DNA from: Polyangiales bacterium
GTDB taxonomy: Bacteria > Myxococcota_A > Polyangia > Polyangiales > Houyiibacteriaceae
DNA: 20,871 nucleotides
Reading direction: 5' to 3'
Assembly: GCA_045106895.1 (NCBI GenBank)
Contig: JBGCFM010000276.1
Location: 1 to 20,871 of the forward strand
The notes below the pieces were generated by a model, which saw only the letters and a program-made list of their open reading frames with translations, was not told the DNA's origin and searched no databases. Each line of letters begins with the position of its first letter. Position 1 is the first letter of the stretch. A program made the position numbers and the translations under genes. Positions 8,743-15,658 of the stretch are shown here, one piece after another.

Positions 8743-10601
8743 TCGTATTCCGCGGGAAGCTCGGTCCGCCGGCTGTATTCAGCCCACGAGCCATCGTAGT
8801 TCGCCACGTCTGCGCTCAGCCCTAGCTGGTGATACGCGAAGAGCACGCCGGCGCTGCGCGTGCCCGATTGGCAGTAGGTGACGACGGGTCCTACGGCGCC
8901 GGCTTCGGCGAAGAGCGCGCGCAAATCGGATGGCGCGTGGAGTCGGTGATCGCTCTCGACGTCGCGCACGATGAGACGCCACGGCAAGAGCGTCGCTCCA
9001 GGGATGTGCCCGCCTCGCGCGGCGGAGGAGCGGACCACGGCGCCGCTGAACTCGTCCGCCTCGCGCGTGTCCAAGAGCGTCGCGTCCCTTGATTCGCGGA
9101 ACGCTTCCACGTCCGCCCAACGGGAGAGCAGCCACTCGGCGGCCTCCGGCGCATCGCCTGGCAGTTCGAGTGAGGTGGGCGTTCGCGGGCGCTCTCCTTC
9201 GGCGAGGCCATGCCCGCGCGCGACCCACTGCTGGACGCCGCCATCCAGAACGCGGATCTCGTAGCGCGCGACGGTCCGGAGCGTCCACCACAAGCGATAC
9301 GCTTCCGGACCACCGTCCGTGTAGGCGACGACGGTGGAAGCGTTTGTCACGCCGCAGGCCTCAAGCATCTCTTTGAGTTCGGGCAACGAACGGTTCACAC
9401 CGGAGACGGGCTCTGTCTGCGCGTAGTCGCTCCGGTACAGCTGACAAGCGCTCGGAAGGTGACCTTCGCGTACGCGCTCTTCAGGGCGAACATCTAGGAG
9501 GACGAGGTCTGGGCTCCCGAGGGCCGCCGCTAGCTCGGACACGCTGACCATGGCTTCGGGGTGCTCGAAGCCCTGGGCTTCCGCCTCCGAGCCGAAGCGC
9601 AAGAGGGCGTCGCTCGCTTCGGCGGCGCTGTCGCTGTAGGCGTCGAGGACTGCGCCGGAGTCGCTCGGGCGGGACGAAGCCTGGGTCTCGCCGAGCATTG
9701 GCGTTGGAGATGTCGTGCGTTCCGGCGGGAGGTGAAGCCACCAGGCGCCCGCGAGCAACGCGACGGCAATGGCAGAGGAGAGGGCCCGCGCGCGTCCCTT
9801 CGAACCGATGTTCCCAAGGGGCCAGACTTCCGCGGCGAAGAAGCTCTTGGGGTAGTCTTCGACGCCGGGGAAGCCCAAGCGCGCGGGTGGCGTGTCGGGC
9901 ATATAGGCCGTCCCGAAGACCCAATCCCAGACGCTAAAGATGATGCCGAAATTCTTTGTGGTCTTTCGGTCGCCTTCGTAGTCGTGATGCCAGATGTGCA
10001 TCTTCGGGCTGTTGAGAACGTAACGAAGGGGACCCCAGCTTAGGTTCAAGTTCGCGTGGTTGAGGTGCCCGATGAGTGTCCCAAAGATCGCGTGGAAGAG
10101 GATGGCCTCCGTTGCAAAACCGAACCACGCGAGGGGCGCGTAGAGCACGAGTCGATAAACCACGACCTCGGTCCACTGAAAACGAAACGACACGATCCAG
10201 TCCATCTCTCCGTCCTCGACAGAGTGATGGCATTTGTGCAGGGGCCACAGAAATGAGACTCGGTGGAGGGCGTTGTGAACGCACCACTGCAGGAAGTCGA
10301 TGGCCACCAAGGCCACGGGGATCTGCACGAAGAGAGGCCAACCCGCCGCCGATGAGCGATAGAAGAGATCGGTCCCGCCGACGCCACCGAGCCAACCATC
10401 GAAGACGGGGAGGAGCCACGAGGTCGCGACGCCGTAGAAGATGACGCCGAGAAAGTGACCGTTGAACACGAGGTGGAGAAAGTCCCACCCGAGCGCCGGC
10501 CGAAGCTGTCGTTGGCCCTTGCGATGAGGCACGAAGAATTCGAGAGCGGCGACGAAGGCGGAGATCACCGCGAGTGATATGGGGTAGAGATAGGCACTCA
10601 T
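8739..10601 (-). CDS. Sterol desaturase/fatty-acid hydroxylase-family membrane domain fused to a tandem-domain sulfurtransferase (rhodanese, SseA/TST type)
   Basis: His boxes HNALH, HKCHH, HLNH and HIWHH plus NFG..FSVWDWVFGT. An extra TM helix follows, then LLDVRP..EGHLP, WW.L, VLDGG..W, LLDTR..EF.G...GHIPGA, active site YCQSGTRS and YDGSWAEY. Confidence 0.9.
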   Translation of the reverse strand: MSAYLYPISLAVISAFVAALEFFVPHRKGQRQLRPALGWDFLHLVFNGHFLGVIFYGVATSWLLPVFDGWLGGVGGTDLFYRSSAAGWPLFVQIPVALVAIDFLQWCVHNALHRVSFLWPLHKCHHSVEDGEMDWIVSFRFQWTEVVVYRLVLYAPLAWFGFATEAILFHAIFGTLIGHLNHANLNLSWGPLRYVLNSPKMHIWHHDYEGDRKTTKNFGIIFSVWDWVFGTAYMPDTPPARLGFPGVEDYPKSFFAAEVWPLGNIGSKGRARALSSAIAVALLAGAWWLHLPPERTTSPTPMLGETQASSRPSDSGAVLDAYSDSAAEASDALLRFGSEAEAQGFEHPEAMVSVSELAAALGSPDLVLLDVRPEERVREGHLPSACQLYRSDYAQTEPVSGVNRSLPELKEMLEACGVTNASTVVAYTDGGPEAYRLWWTLRTVARYEIRVLDGGVQQWVARGHGLAEGERPRTPTSLELPGDAPEAAEWLLSRWADVEAFRESRDATLLDTREADEFSGAVVRSSAARGGHIPGATLLPWRLIVRDVESDHRLHAPSDLRALFAEAGAVGPVVTYCQSGTRSAGVLFAYHQLGLSADVANYDGSWAEYSRRTELPAEYE

Positions 10602-10648
10602 AGTGGTTCATCGACTCGTTGACAGTTCTTCGCGCTGGACCTCGCGGA

Positions 10649-11224
10649 TCAGCGAGCCGCCGTCTCCAGGTGCTGTGCCACGGTCTGCTCCAGGCTGGTC
10701 AGACCACCGGCTCGACCGAGCTCAAGCGCTTCCGCGGGGCTCGCACCCTGGACATAAAAAGCGCGCAGGGCCAGGAGCGCGCCAACGCGATTTCCACTCG
10801 CGCAGTGGAGCAACGTCGGGCCGCCCTCGCTCAAAGCGCTGTCGAGGAGGCGCGCGTTCGCTTCTGTGACGCCTGCCGCCCCCTGAACGGGGATCGCTAC
10901 GTAGCTCATGCCGAGGGCCTCGACGCGGGGCGCCTCGTCGAAGCCGTCTTCGCCTGCTGCTCGCAGGTTGATCACCGTGCGTATCTCGCCTGCGGCTTCC
11001 TCGAACTGCGCTTGGGACGGTTGCCCGCCTGTCACCAAGCTCGGCGCGGGGTGCAACTCGTTGATGATGCCAAGTGTCACGGTGTCGTTCTCCATCGATT
11101 CGTTCCTGGTTGCGGTACCGCACGCCGAGATGACGCCGACAAGTATTGCAGAGAGCCAGTACCTGGCTGTTCGGGGGCCCCGTTGGTTGCCGCACTCGAG
11201 CGCTCGAACCTTCAACGCGTACAT
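10649..11224 (-). CDS. DUF442/TIGR01244-type sulfurtransferase (PTP-like fold), probably a lipoprotein
   Basis: GGQP, TVINLR, LGMSYVAIPV, LLHCASGNRVG (Cx5R loop). Start is uncertain: 11302, 11224 (keeps WLSAILVGVISAC lipobox) or 11095 (AGGA RBS, cytoplasmic form). Confidence 0.8.
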   Translation of the reverse strand: MYALKVRALECGNQRGPRTARYWLSAILVGVISACGTATRNESMENDTVTLGIINELHPAPSLVTGGQPSQAQFEEAAGEIRTVINLRAAGEDGFDEAPRVEALGMSYVAIPVQGAAGVTEANARLLDSALSEGGPTLLHCASGNRVGALLALRAFYVQGASPAEALELGRAGGLTSLEQTVAQHLETAAR

Positions 11225-11236
11225 GCCGCTGCGCGC

Positions 11237-11265
11237 TGTTTCAGGGTGTTTCATCTGGTGTTTCA
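11237..11265 (-). promoter_or_regulatory. Three direct TGAAACA repeats, candidate transcription factor binding site
   Basis: Plus strand TGTTTCA at 11237, 11247 and 11259 (spacing 10 and 12 bp). Confidence 0.5.
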
Positions 11266-11311
11266 AACCATCGCTTAAGGAAGCGCTGTGGGCGCTCATC
11301 AAGCGTGGAAA

Positions 11312-11632
11312 TTACGACTTTGCCACCCAGAGGTTGCAGTATCCGTCGGGGTGAATGCCGCCCTTGATGACCGTGCATGTTCCGCACGACGAGGCCGTGA
11401 GATTTTGGCCGAAATTGCAGTTCAGGCAGTTCTTGGTGGCCCCATGCGGGGAGGCGCTTACGTACTGATTTGAAGAGCGCGCAGCTGTTTCGGCGGGTGT
11501 GAGACCGGTGACGTCGTCGCAGGTCAGTGCTTCCTCTCCGCCACAGCCCACAACGGCGAGTCCGATGACTGCGGTCCCGAGTCCTGCGCGTTGAATGAAG
11601 CGTCGGCGAGTGAGGTTTTTATCGTGTTTCAT
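11312..11632 (-). CDS. hip: High-potential iron-sulfur protein (HiPIP), Tat-exported lipoprotein
   Basis: ATG 11632 gives LTRRRFIQ (Tat) and AVVGC (lipobox). QYV..S, NCLNC, CTVI.G.I...GYCNLW match the four-Cys HiPIP pattern. Confidence 0.88.
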   Translation of the reverse strand: MKHDKNLTRRRFIQRAGLGTAVIGLAVVGCGGEEALTCDDVTGLTPAETAARSSNQYVSASPHGATKNCLNCNFGQNLTASSCGTCTVIKGGIHPDGYCNLWVAKS

Positions 11633-11644
11633 GCTGACGTTCAC

Positions 11645-11660
11645 TGCACGTTGCATACCA
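11645..11660 (-). promoter_or_regulatory. sigma54 (-24/-12) promoter for the HiPIP-led operon
   Basis: Minus strand TGGTATG-CAAC-GTGCA, with GG and GC spaced exactly as in the consensus TGGCACG-N4-TTGCW. Confidence 0.6.
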
Positions 11661-11684
11661 AGAGAACGAGGGGCTTCGGATAGA

Positions 11685-11700
11685 TGGCACAGAGGATGCA
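11685..11700 (+). promoter_or_regulatory. sigma54 (-24/-12) promoter for the persulfide dioxygenase gene
   Basis: TGGCACA-GAGG-ATGCA, followed by an AAGGAA RBS and ATG at 11725. Confidence 0.7.
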
Positions 11701-11724
11701 ACTCGCGGGGCGAAGGAAATTAGT

Positions 11725-12429
11725 ATGCTGTTTCGCCAACTCTTCGACTCCGAGTCTTCCACCTACACCTACCTTCTCGCCGACCCCAAAACGCGCGAAG
11801 CTGTTTTGATCGATCCTGTGCGTGAGCAACACGAGCGTGACTGGGCGATTCTCAGTGAACTCAAGCTCAAGCTTGTGCACACCTTGGAGACGCACGTGCA
11901 CGCTGATCACGTGACGGGCTCTGGGCTCATGCGCGAGCGGGCCGGCAGCACATCTGTGATGTCTGTTCACGCCGGCGCAGGGTGCGCGGATCGTCTCGTC
12001 TCGACCGGAGAGACCGTCGAATTCGGCGCTTGCTCGCTCGAGGTACGACTGACACCGGGGCACACGAACGGGTGTGTGAGCTTCGTCGACCATTCCGGCG
12101 GCCGGGTCTTCACCGGCGACGCTCTGCTCATTCGTGGATGCGGTCGAACAGACTTTCAACAAGGGGACGCACGCACGCTCTACGACTCGGTTCACGAGCA
12201 GCTCTTCTCACTTCCGGGCGCGACGGCGCTCTATCCAGGGCACGACTACAAAGGGCGAACGAGTTCGACCATTGGCGAAGAGAAAGAGCACAACCCGCGC
12301 CTTGGTCATCGCAAGACCGCCATCGAGTTCATCGACATCATGGCGGCCTTGCAACTTGCACCACCGAGAAAACTCGACATCGCGGTGCCGGCGAATCTCG
12401 GATGCGGAGTTGCGCCGGTAGAGGCGTAG
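11725..12429 (+). CDS. pdo: Persulfide dioxygenase, ETHE1-like (MBL fold)
   Basis: MLFRQLFD.ESSTYTYLL, IDPV, ETHVHADHVTG, TPGHTNG, FTGDALLIRGCGRTDFQQG, YPGHDYKG, EKEHNPRL and AVPANL.CG are hallmark ETHE1/type I PDO motifs. Confidence 0.95.
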   Translation: MLFRQLFDSESSTYTYLLADPKTREAVLIDPVREQHERDWAILSELKLKLVHTLETHVHADHVTGSGLMRERAGSTSVMSVHAGAGCADRLVSTGETVEFGACSLEVRLTPGHTNGCVSFVDHSGGRVFTGDALLIRGCGRTDFQQGDARTLYDSVHEQLFSLPGATALYPGHDYKGRTSSTIGEEKEHNPRLGHRKTAIEFIDIMAALQLAPPRKLDIAVPANLGCGVAPVEA

Positions 12430-12451
12430 CGGTTGTTGTCGCCGCGCATTG

Positions 12452-12491
12452 TGAAACGTCGTGACGAGTTCTTTGAAACACGTTTGCAACG
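12452..12491 (+). promoter_or_regulatory. TGAAAC-like repeats upstream of a sigma54 promoter (candidate upstream activator site)
   Basis: TGAAACG at 12452, TGAAACA at 12474, TGCAACG at 12485 and a weaker TGACGAG at 12462, at about 11-bp period in the intergenic gap. Confidence 0.45.
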
Positions 12492-12531
12492 TCATGAGCG
12501 GAGCAAGCGCGTGTGGAAAGTTCGAGCCGCC

Positions 12532-12547
12532 TGGCACGAACGATGCA
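12532..12547 (+). promoter_or_regulatory. sigma54 (-24/-12) promoter for the rhodanese-fusion gene
   Basis: TGGCACG-AACG-ATGCA, a near-perfect consensus; ATG at 12560. Confidence 0.72.
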
Positions 12548-12559
12548 GTCAGGCCTCGC

Positions 12560-14011
12560 ATGGAAGAGTGCTCAAGCGGCGTGTCGATCATTGGCTTGTT
12601 AGGTCTCTCGCTCGTGTTTGGAACGCTGGCCGCATGCGGAGCATCGCCGCGTGCAAACACGGAAGTCGTGAACGAGTGTCAGCCGATAAGCGACGAGGAG
12701 CGCGCCGCCATCGTGTTCACTCCCTCCCCCGGCAACACGCCCGAAGTCGACGCTACGTGGACCCACGCGCATCGTTGCAATGTGCGCGTCGTCGATGTGC
12801 GCGAGGCGCATGAACGAGCCGACGGCCAGATTGAAGGGGTCACGTCGGCGCCGCTCGCTGACCTGCCCACTTTGGCAGAGAACTGGGATCCCCGTGAGGC
12901 TGTGGTTCTTGTGTGTCGCTCTGGACGACGCTCCGCTCGCGCCGTCGAAGTGCTCGAGTCGATGGGTTTTACACGCACGGCGTCGATGACCGGTGGCATG
13001 TTGCGGTGGCGCGAACTTGAGCTCCCGGTTGTGGCGCCGGACACCCCCAGCTCGCCCGTGGCCCCCGCGCGTTTTAGTCCCCCGGACGCGGCGCGTTCGA
13101 GTCTCAGTGCCCTCCTTGAGAACAGCCATATCCCGTTGACGCGTGTCGCGTCGCTGCTTCTGCAAAACAGCGAGGCGTGTGTGGATGGTCGAGAGACACA
13201 CGGGATCGTCGGGACGCCGGGCGGTGACGCGGGAGAACTTCTCTTGGCACTCGCGAGCATTGAAGAGCTCGCGTCGAGAGAGCTCAGCGCGGACGAGGTG
13301 CGAGATGTCTTTCAGGCGCACGTCGCGAACTTTGGTCGCTTCTACCTGCACACGGATTCGCACGCGATGTCGGCCCTTCGACGCGTCCTCGAGCGGCTCC
13401 CGGAGATGACGGCGCTTCGCTCAAGCTCTTCGCCAGACCTCGAAGCTTACCTACGCACTCCTCCACGCGACGACGAGGAGATACTCCTGGAACACCTCGC
13501 GTCGCCGAGCGTGGTGGGGTGCGGACACCTTCGACTCGTCCTTCAACACCCTGTTGAGTACGGCGTACGACGGGAGCTCGCGCGCTCGTTGATCCAGGTC
13601 GTCTTTCGCGAGCTCTGGCGCCACCCAGAGCATGTCAGCTTCGTCGTGCTCCAGGGCGAGCACCGCGAGGAGGCGGTGTTGAACGTACGTTTGGGGCACG
13701 AAGTGCGGGCGAGCTCGAACGTCCCCGCCGTTCCTCCGCAGCTCGGCGGCCGTTCGTTTTTCGTCAACCACCCGGAGGTGTCTCAGTACATCCGCAAGGA
13801 GCACGTCGCATTGCTTCGGAGTGAGCTGCCTTGGCTGGGCGAACTTGGCTCCGAAGAGATCCTTGAGAACGCGATGTCAGGCCTTGCACAGCGGCAGCTC
13901 ACCTCGACGCTGCGTTACTTGGCCAGAACACTTCCGGTTTACGATGTTTACTTTGAGTCCGGTGCGGTGCGCGTCGCCTTGGCCGTCGCAGCCGTGAGAG
14001 ATGAGGATTAG
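12560..14011 (+). CDS. Rhodanese-domain protein fused to a putative beta/zeta (CDCA-like) carbonic anhydrase-type domain; possible lipoprotein
   Basis: Hydrophobic segment ending LAAC; rhodanese VVDVRE..E..GQIEG, VCRSGRRS, SMTGGMLRW. The C-terminal domain has CVDGR (13178-13192), GTPGGDAGE, YLHTD (His 13349) and GCGH (13517-13528). Start chosen just downstream of the sigma54 motif. Confidence 0.75.
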   Translation: MEECSSGVSIIGLLGLSLVFGTLAACGASPRANTEVVNECQPISDEERAAIVFTPSPGNTPEVDATWTHAHRCNVRVVDVREAHERADGQIEGVTSAPLADLPTLAENWDPREAVVLVCRSGRRSARAVEVLESMGFTRTASMTGGMLRWRELELPVVAPDTPSSPVAPARFSPPDAARSSLSALLENSHIPLTRVASLLLQNSEACVDGRETHGIVGTPGGDAGELLLALASIEELASRELSADEVRDVFQAHVANFGRFYLHTDSHAMSALRRVLERLPEMTALRSSSSPDLEAYLRTPPRDDEEILLEHLASPSVVGCGHLRLVLQHPVEYGVRRELARSLIQVVFRELWRHPEHVSFVVLQGEHREEAVLNVRLGHEVRASSNVPAVPPQLGGRSFFVNHPEVSQYIRKEHVALLRSELPWLGELGSEEILENAMSGLAQRQLTSTLRYLARTLPVYDVYFESGAVRVALAVAAVRDED

Positions 14012-14358
14012 TGATGGATTCGAATACTGTTTTTGCGTTGCTCATGGGCCTCGCCATCGTCTTCTTGTTGTTCAGGCGACGAGGCAATATTAGCGGTGAC
14101 GAGGCACGGCAGCTCGTCAAGTCCGGCGCGCTCCTCGTCGACGTGCGTAGCCCTGCGGAGTTCGCCGGCGGGCACATCGAAGGCGCGATCAATGTGCCGC
14201 TTCAGACTCTTGGCGCGAACATGAAGAAGCTCGGCGACAAAGAACGCCCCGTCGTCGTCTATTGTGCGAGCGGCGTGCGCAGCAGCAGCGCCGCGGGCAT
14301 GATCAAGCGCGCGGGCTACGCCGATGTGCGGAACCTCGGCGCGAAGAGTCGTTGGTAG
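14011..14358 (+). CDS. Single-domain rhodanese with N-terminal membrane anchor
   Basis: TM helix followed by RRR; LLVDVRSPAEFAGGHIEGAINVPL, VYCASGVRS. Start overlaps the upstream stop (TAGTG). Confidence 0.92.
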   Translation: MMDSNTVFALLMGLAIVFLLFRRRGNISGDEARQLVKSGALLVDVRSPAEFAGGHIEGAINVPLQTLGANMKKLGDKERPVVVYCASGVRSSSAAGMIKRAGYADVRNLGAKSRW

Positions 14359-14365
14359 AACTCTC

Positions 14366-14474
14366 GGGGAGGGTGGGCGTTCTTAGGGGGGCGACTCGTC
14401 CCATCACCGTCACAGCGCCCATATCCCATGGGGGCGCTGAGGACGTTTGTGATGGCGGCTGAACGCCTCCCCAA
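14366..14474. repeat. Long nested imperfect inverted repeat between convergent genes (terminator, REP-like element or structured RNA)
   Basis: CAGCGCCC(14413-20)/GGGCGCTG(14432-39); CGTC/GACG; CCATCAC(14401-07)/GTGATGG(14449-55); outer TTAGGGGGGCG or GGCGTTC pairing with GAACGCCTCCCCAA. Confidence 0.55.
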
Positions 14475-14493
14475 GTGTGCGAGTATGTACGCG

Positions 14494-15606
14494 CTAGGCG
14501 CCGCGCGAGAGCACACGCTCTGCCGAGGGCTCCGGCTTTTTGAGGTGACCGCCTCCTCGGTCGATGACAGGCGCATCAAACCAATCGGGTTTTGTCGCGC
14601 TCATGAAAAGGAAAAGCACGGCGAAGACGAGGGTCGGAATGAGGAGCCACACGGAGTAGAGAGTGGCGTCTTGGCCAAGGACATCCTCAAGTCCGGGGGT
14701 GCTGAACACGGCGATAGGATCGCCGACGCTCAGCGTTCGCCAGTCTGGACCGGTGATGAGATCGTGGCCTTGGCCCGCGCTTGTCTCGTAGTCGACGTGC
14801 CATTCGAGGTGGACGCGCTGGTCGCTGTCGCGGGTTGCCTCTTCTTTGAGACCCGTCACCACGCCTTCGACGGGCGCGCCAGTGAGCGTGCGGACGAAGA
14901 ATGGGAGTAGACACAGGCCGCTCACCACGATGCAGGGAAGCCATCCGAGAACGAGGAGCTTCGTCAAGGAGCGGGCCCTTCGCTTGTGCTTGTCGCCAAG
15001 CCTCTCGGCGGAAAGGTCCAGGGGCTCGGCGCCGTCGGGCGTGAGCGTCCAGACCAGCTCGATGCCGTCGCGGTAGCCCTGTCCCGCCGGCCTGCCGACT
15101 CGCTTTTGCTCGAGGCGGCCTGTCGCGACGACGGTCTCGCCTACGTTGAGCTCGGCGATGCGATAGCGGGTGAGCGTTTCGTCGTGCACCTGCCGATCGA
15201 GCTTGGTGACGAGCCGGATGTTCTTGGCGACCGGGACGAAGACGCGCTCTCCCGTCGCGTGCCGAATCCAGAAGGGGTGCGCGAAGGTCCGTCTTCGGGT
15301 CTCGCGCCATTCATGGGAGATGGATCCTTTTCGGTTCCTCTCGCTCCCCCTCTGCTCGATCTCGATTCGCGCGGCGAAGGGGGCGTCGTCGAGCTCCACG
15401 ACACCAGCGACGAGTACCGTTCCCGCGACGAGTTCGGCTTCTGCGTCGACGGCGCCGTCAGCGGCGCGAGCTCGCCGACGATGTCCCGCGATGCTTCGAA
15501 GGGCGCGAACGAAGAGCCAGGCGAAGCCGATGCAGAGCAGAGAGGCGCTCGCCAACGAGAGGGAGTGAGGGAAATGGCCGGCCGGAGTGACGTCGAACAC
15601 GGCCAT
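14494..15606 (-). CDS. Hypothetical membrane protein (three hydrophobic segments; GIDE-like and DUF3592-like beta-rich regions)
   Basis: 370-aa ORF. TM1 is followed by PFWIRHATGERVFV...ELNVGETVVATG, TM2 by VEGVVT...LSVGDPIAV, then TM3. Domain resemblance is by eye. The start may be GTG 15600. Confidence 0.65.
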   Translation of the reverse strand: MAVFDVTPAGHFPHSLSLASASLLCIGFAWLFVRALRSIAGHRRRARAADGAVDAEAELVAGTVLVAGVVELDDAPFAARIEIEQRGSERNRKGSISHEWRETRRRTFAHPFWIRHATGERVFVPVAKNIRLVTKLDRQVHDETLTRYRIAELNVGETVVATGRLEQKRVGRPAGQGYRDGIELVWTLTPDGAEPLDLSAERLGDKHKRRARSLTKLLVLGWLPCIVVSGLCLLPFFVRTLTGAPVEGVVTGLKEEATRDSDQRVHLEWHVDYETSAGQGHDLITGPDWRTLSVGDPIAVFSTPGLEDVLGQDATLYSVWLLIPTLVFAVLFLFMSATKPDWFDAPVIDRGGGHLKKPEPSAERVLSRGA

Positions 15607-15658
15607 AGCCTACGGGCTTTTCCTCGCGGTGTTGAACGAACTTTGGCACGGTGGCGCC

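Noticed and set aside
5208..12429. MBL-fold genes as antibiotic-resistance beta-lactamases
   Set aside because: Motifs match the RNase Z/AtsA-like and ETHE1 subfamilies, not B1-B3 beta-lactamases.
15587..15658. Upstream GTG start for the WGR protein
   Set aside because: Would overlap the divergent gene; the WGR domain begins right at ATG 15659.
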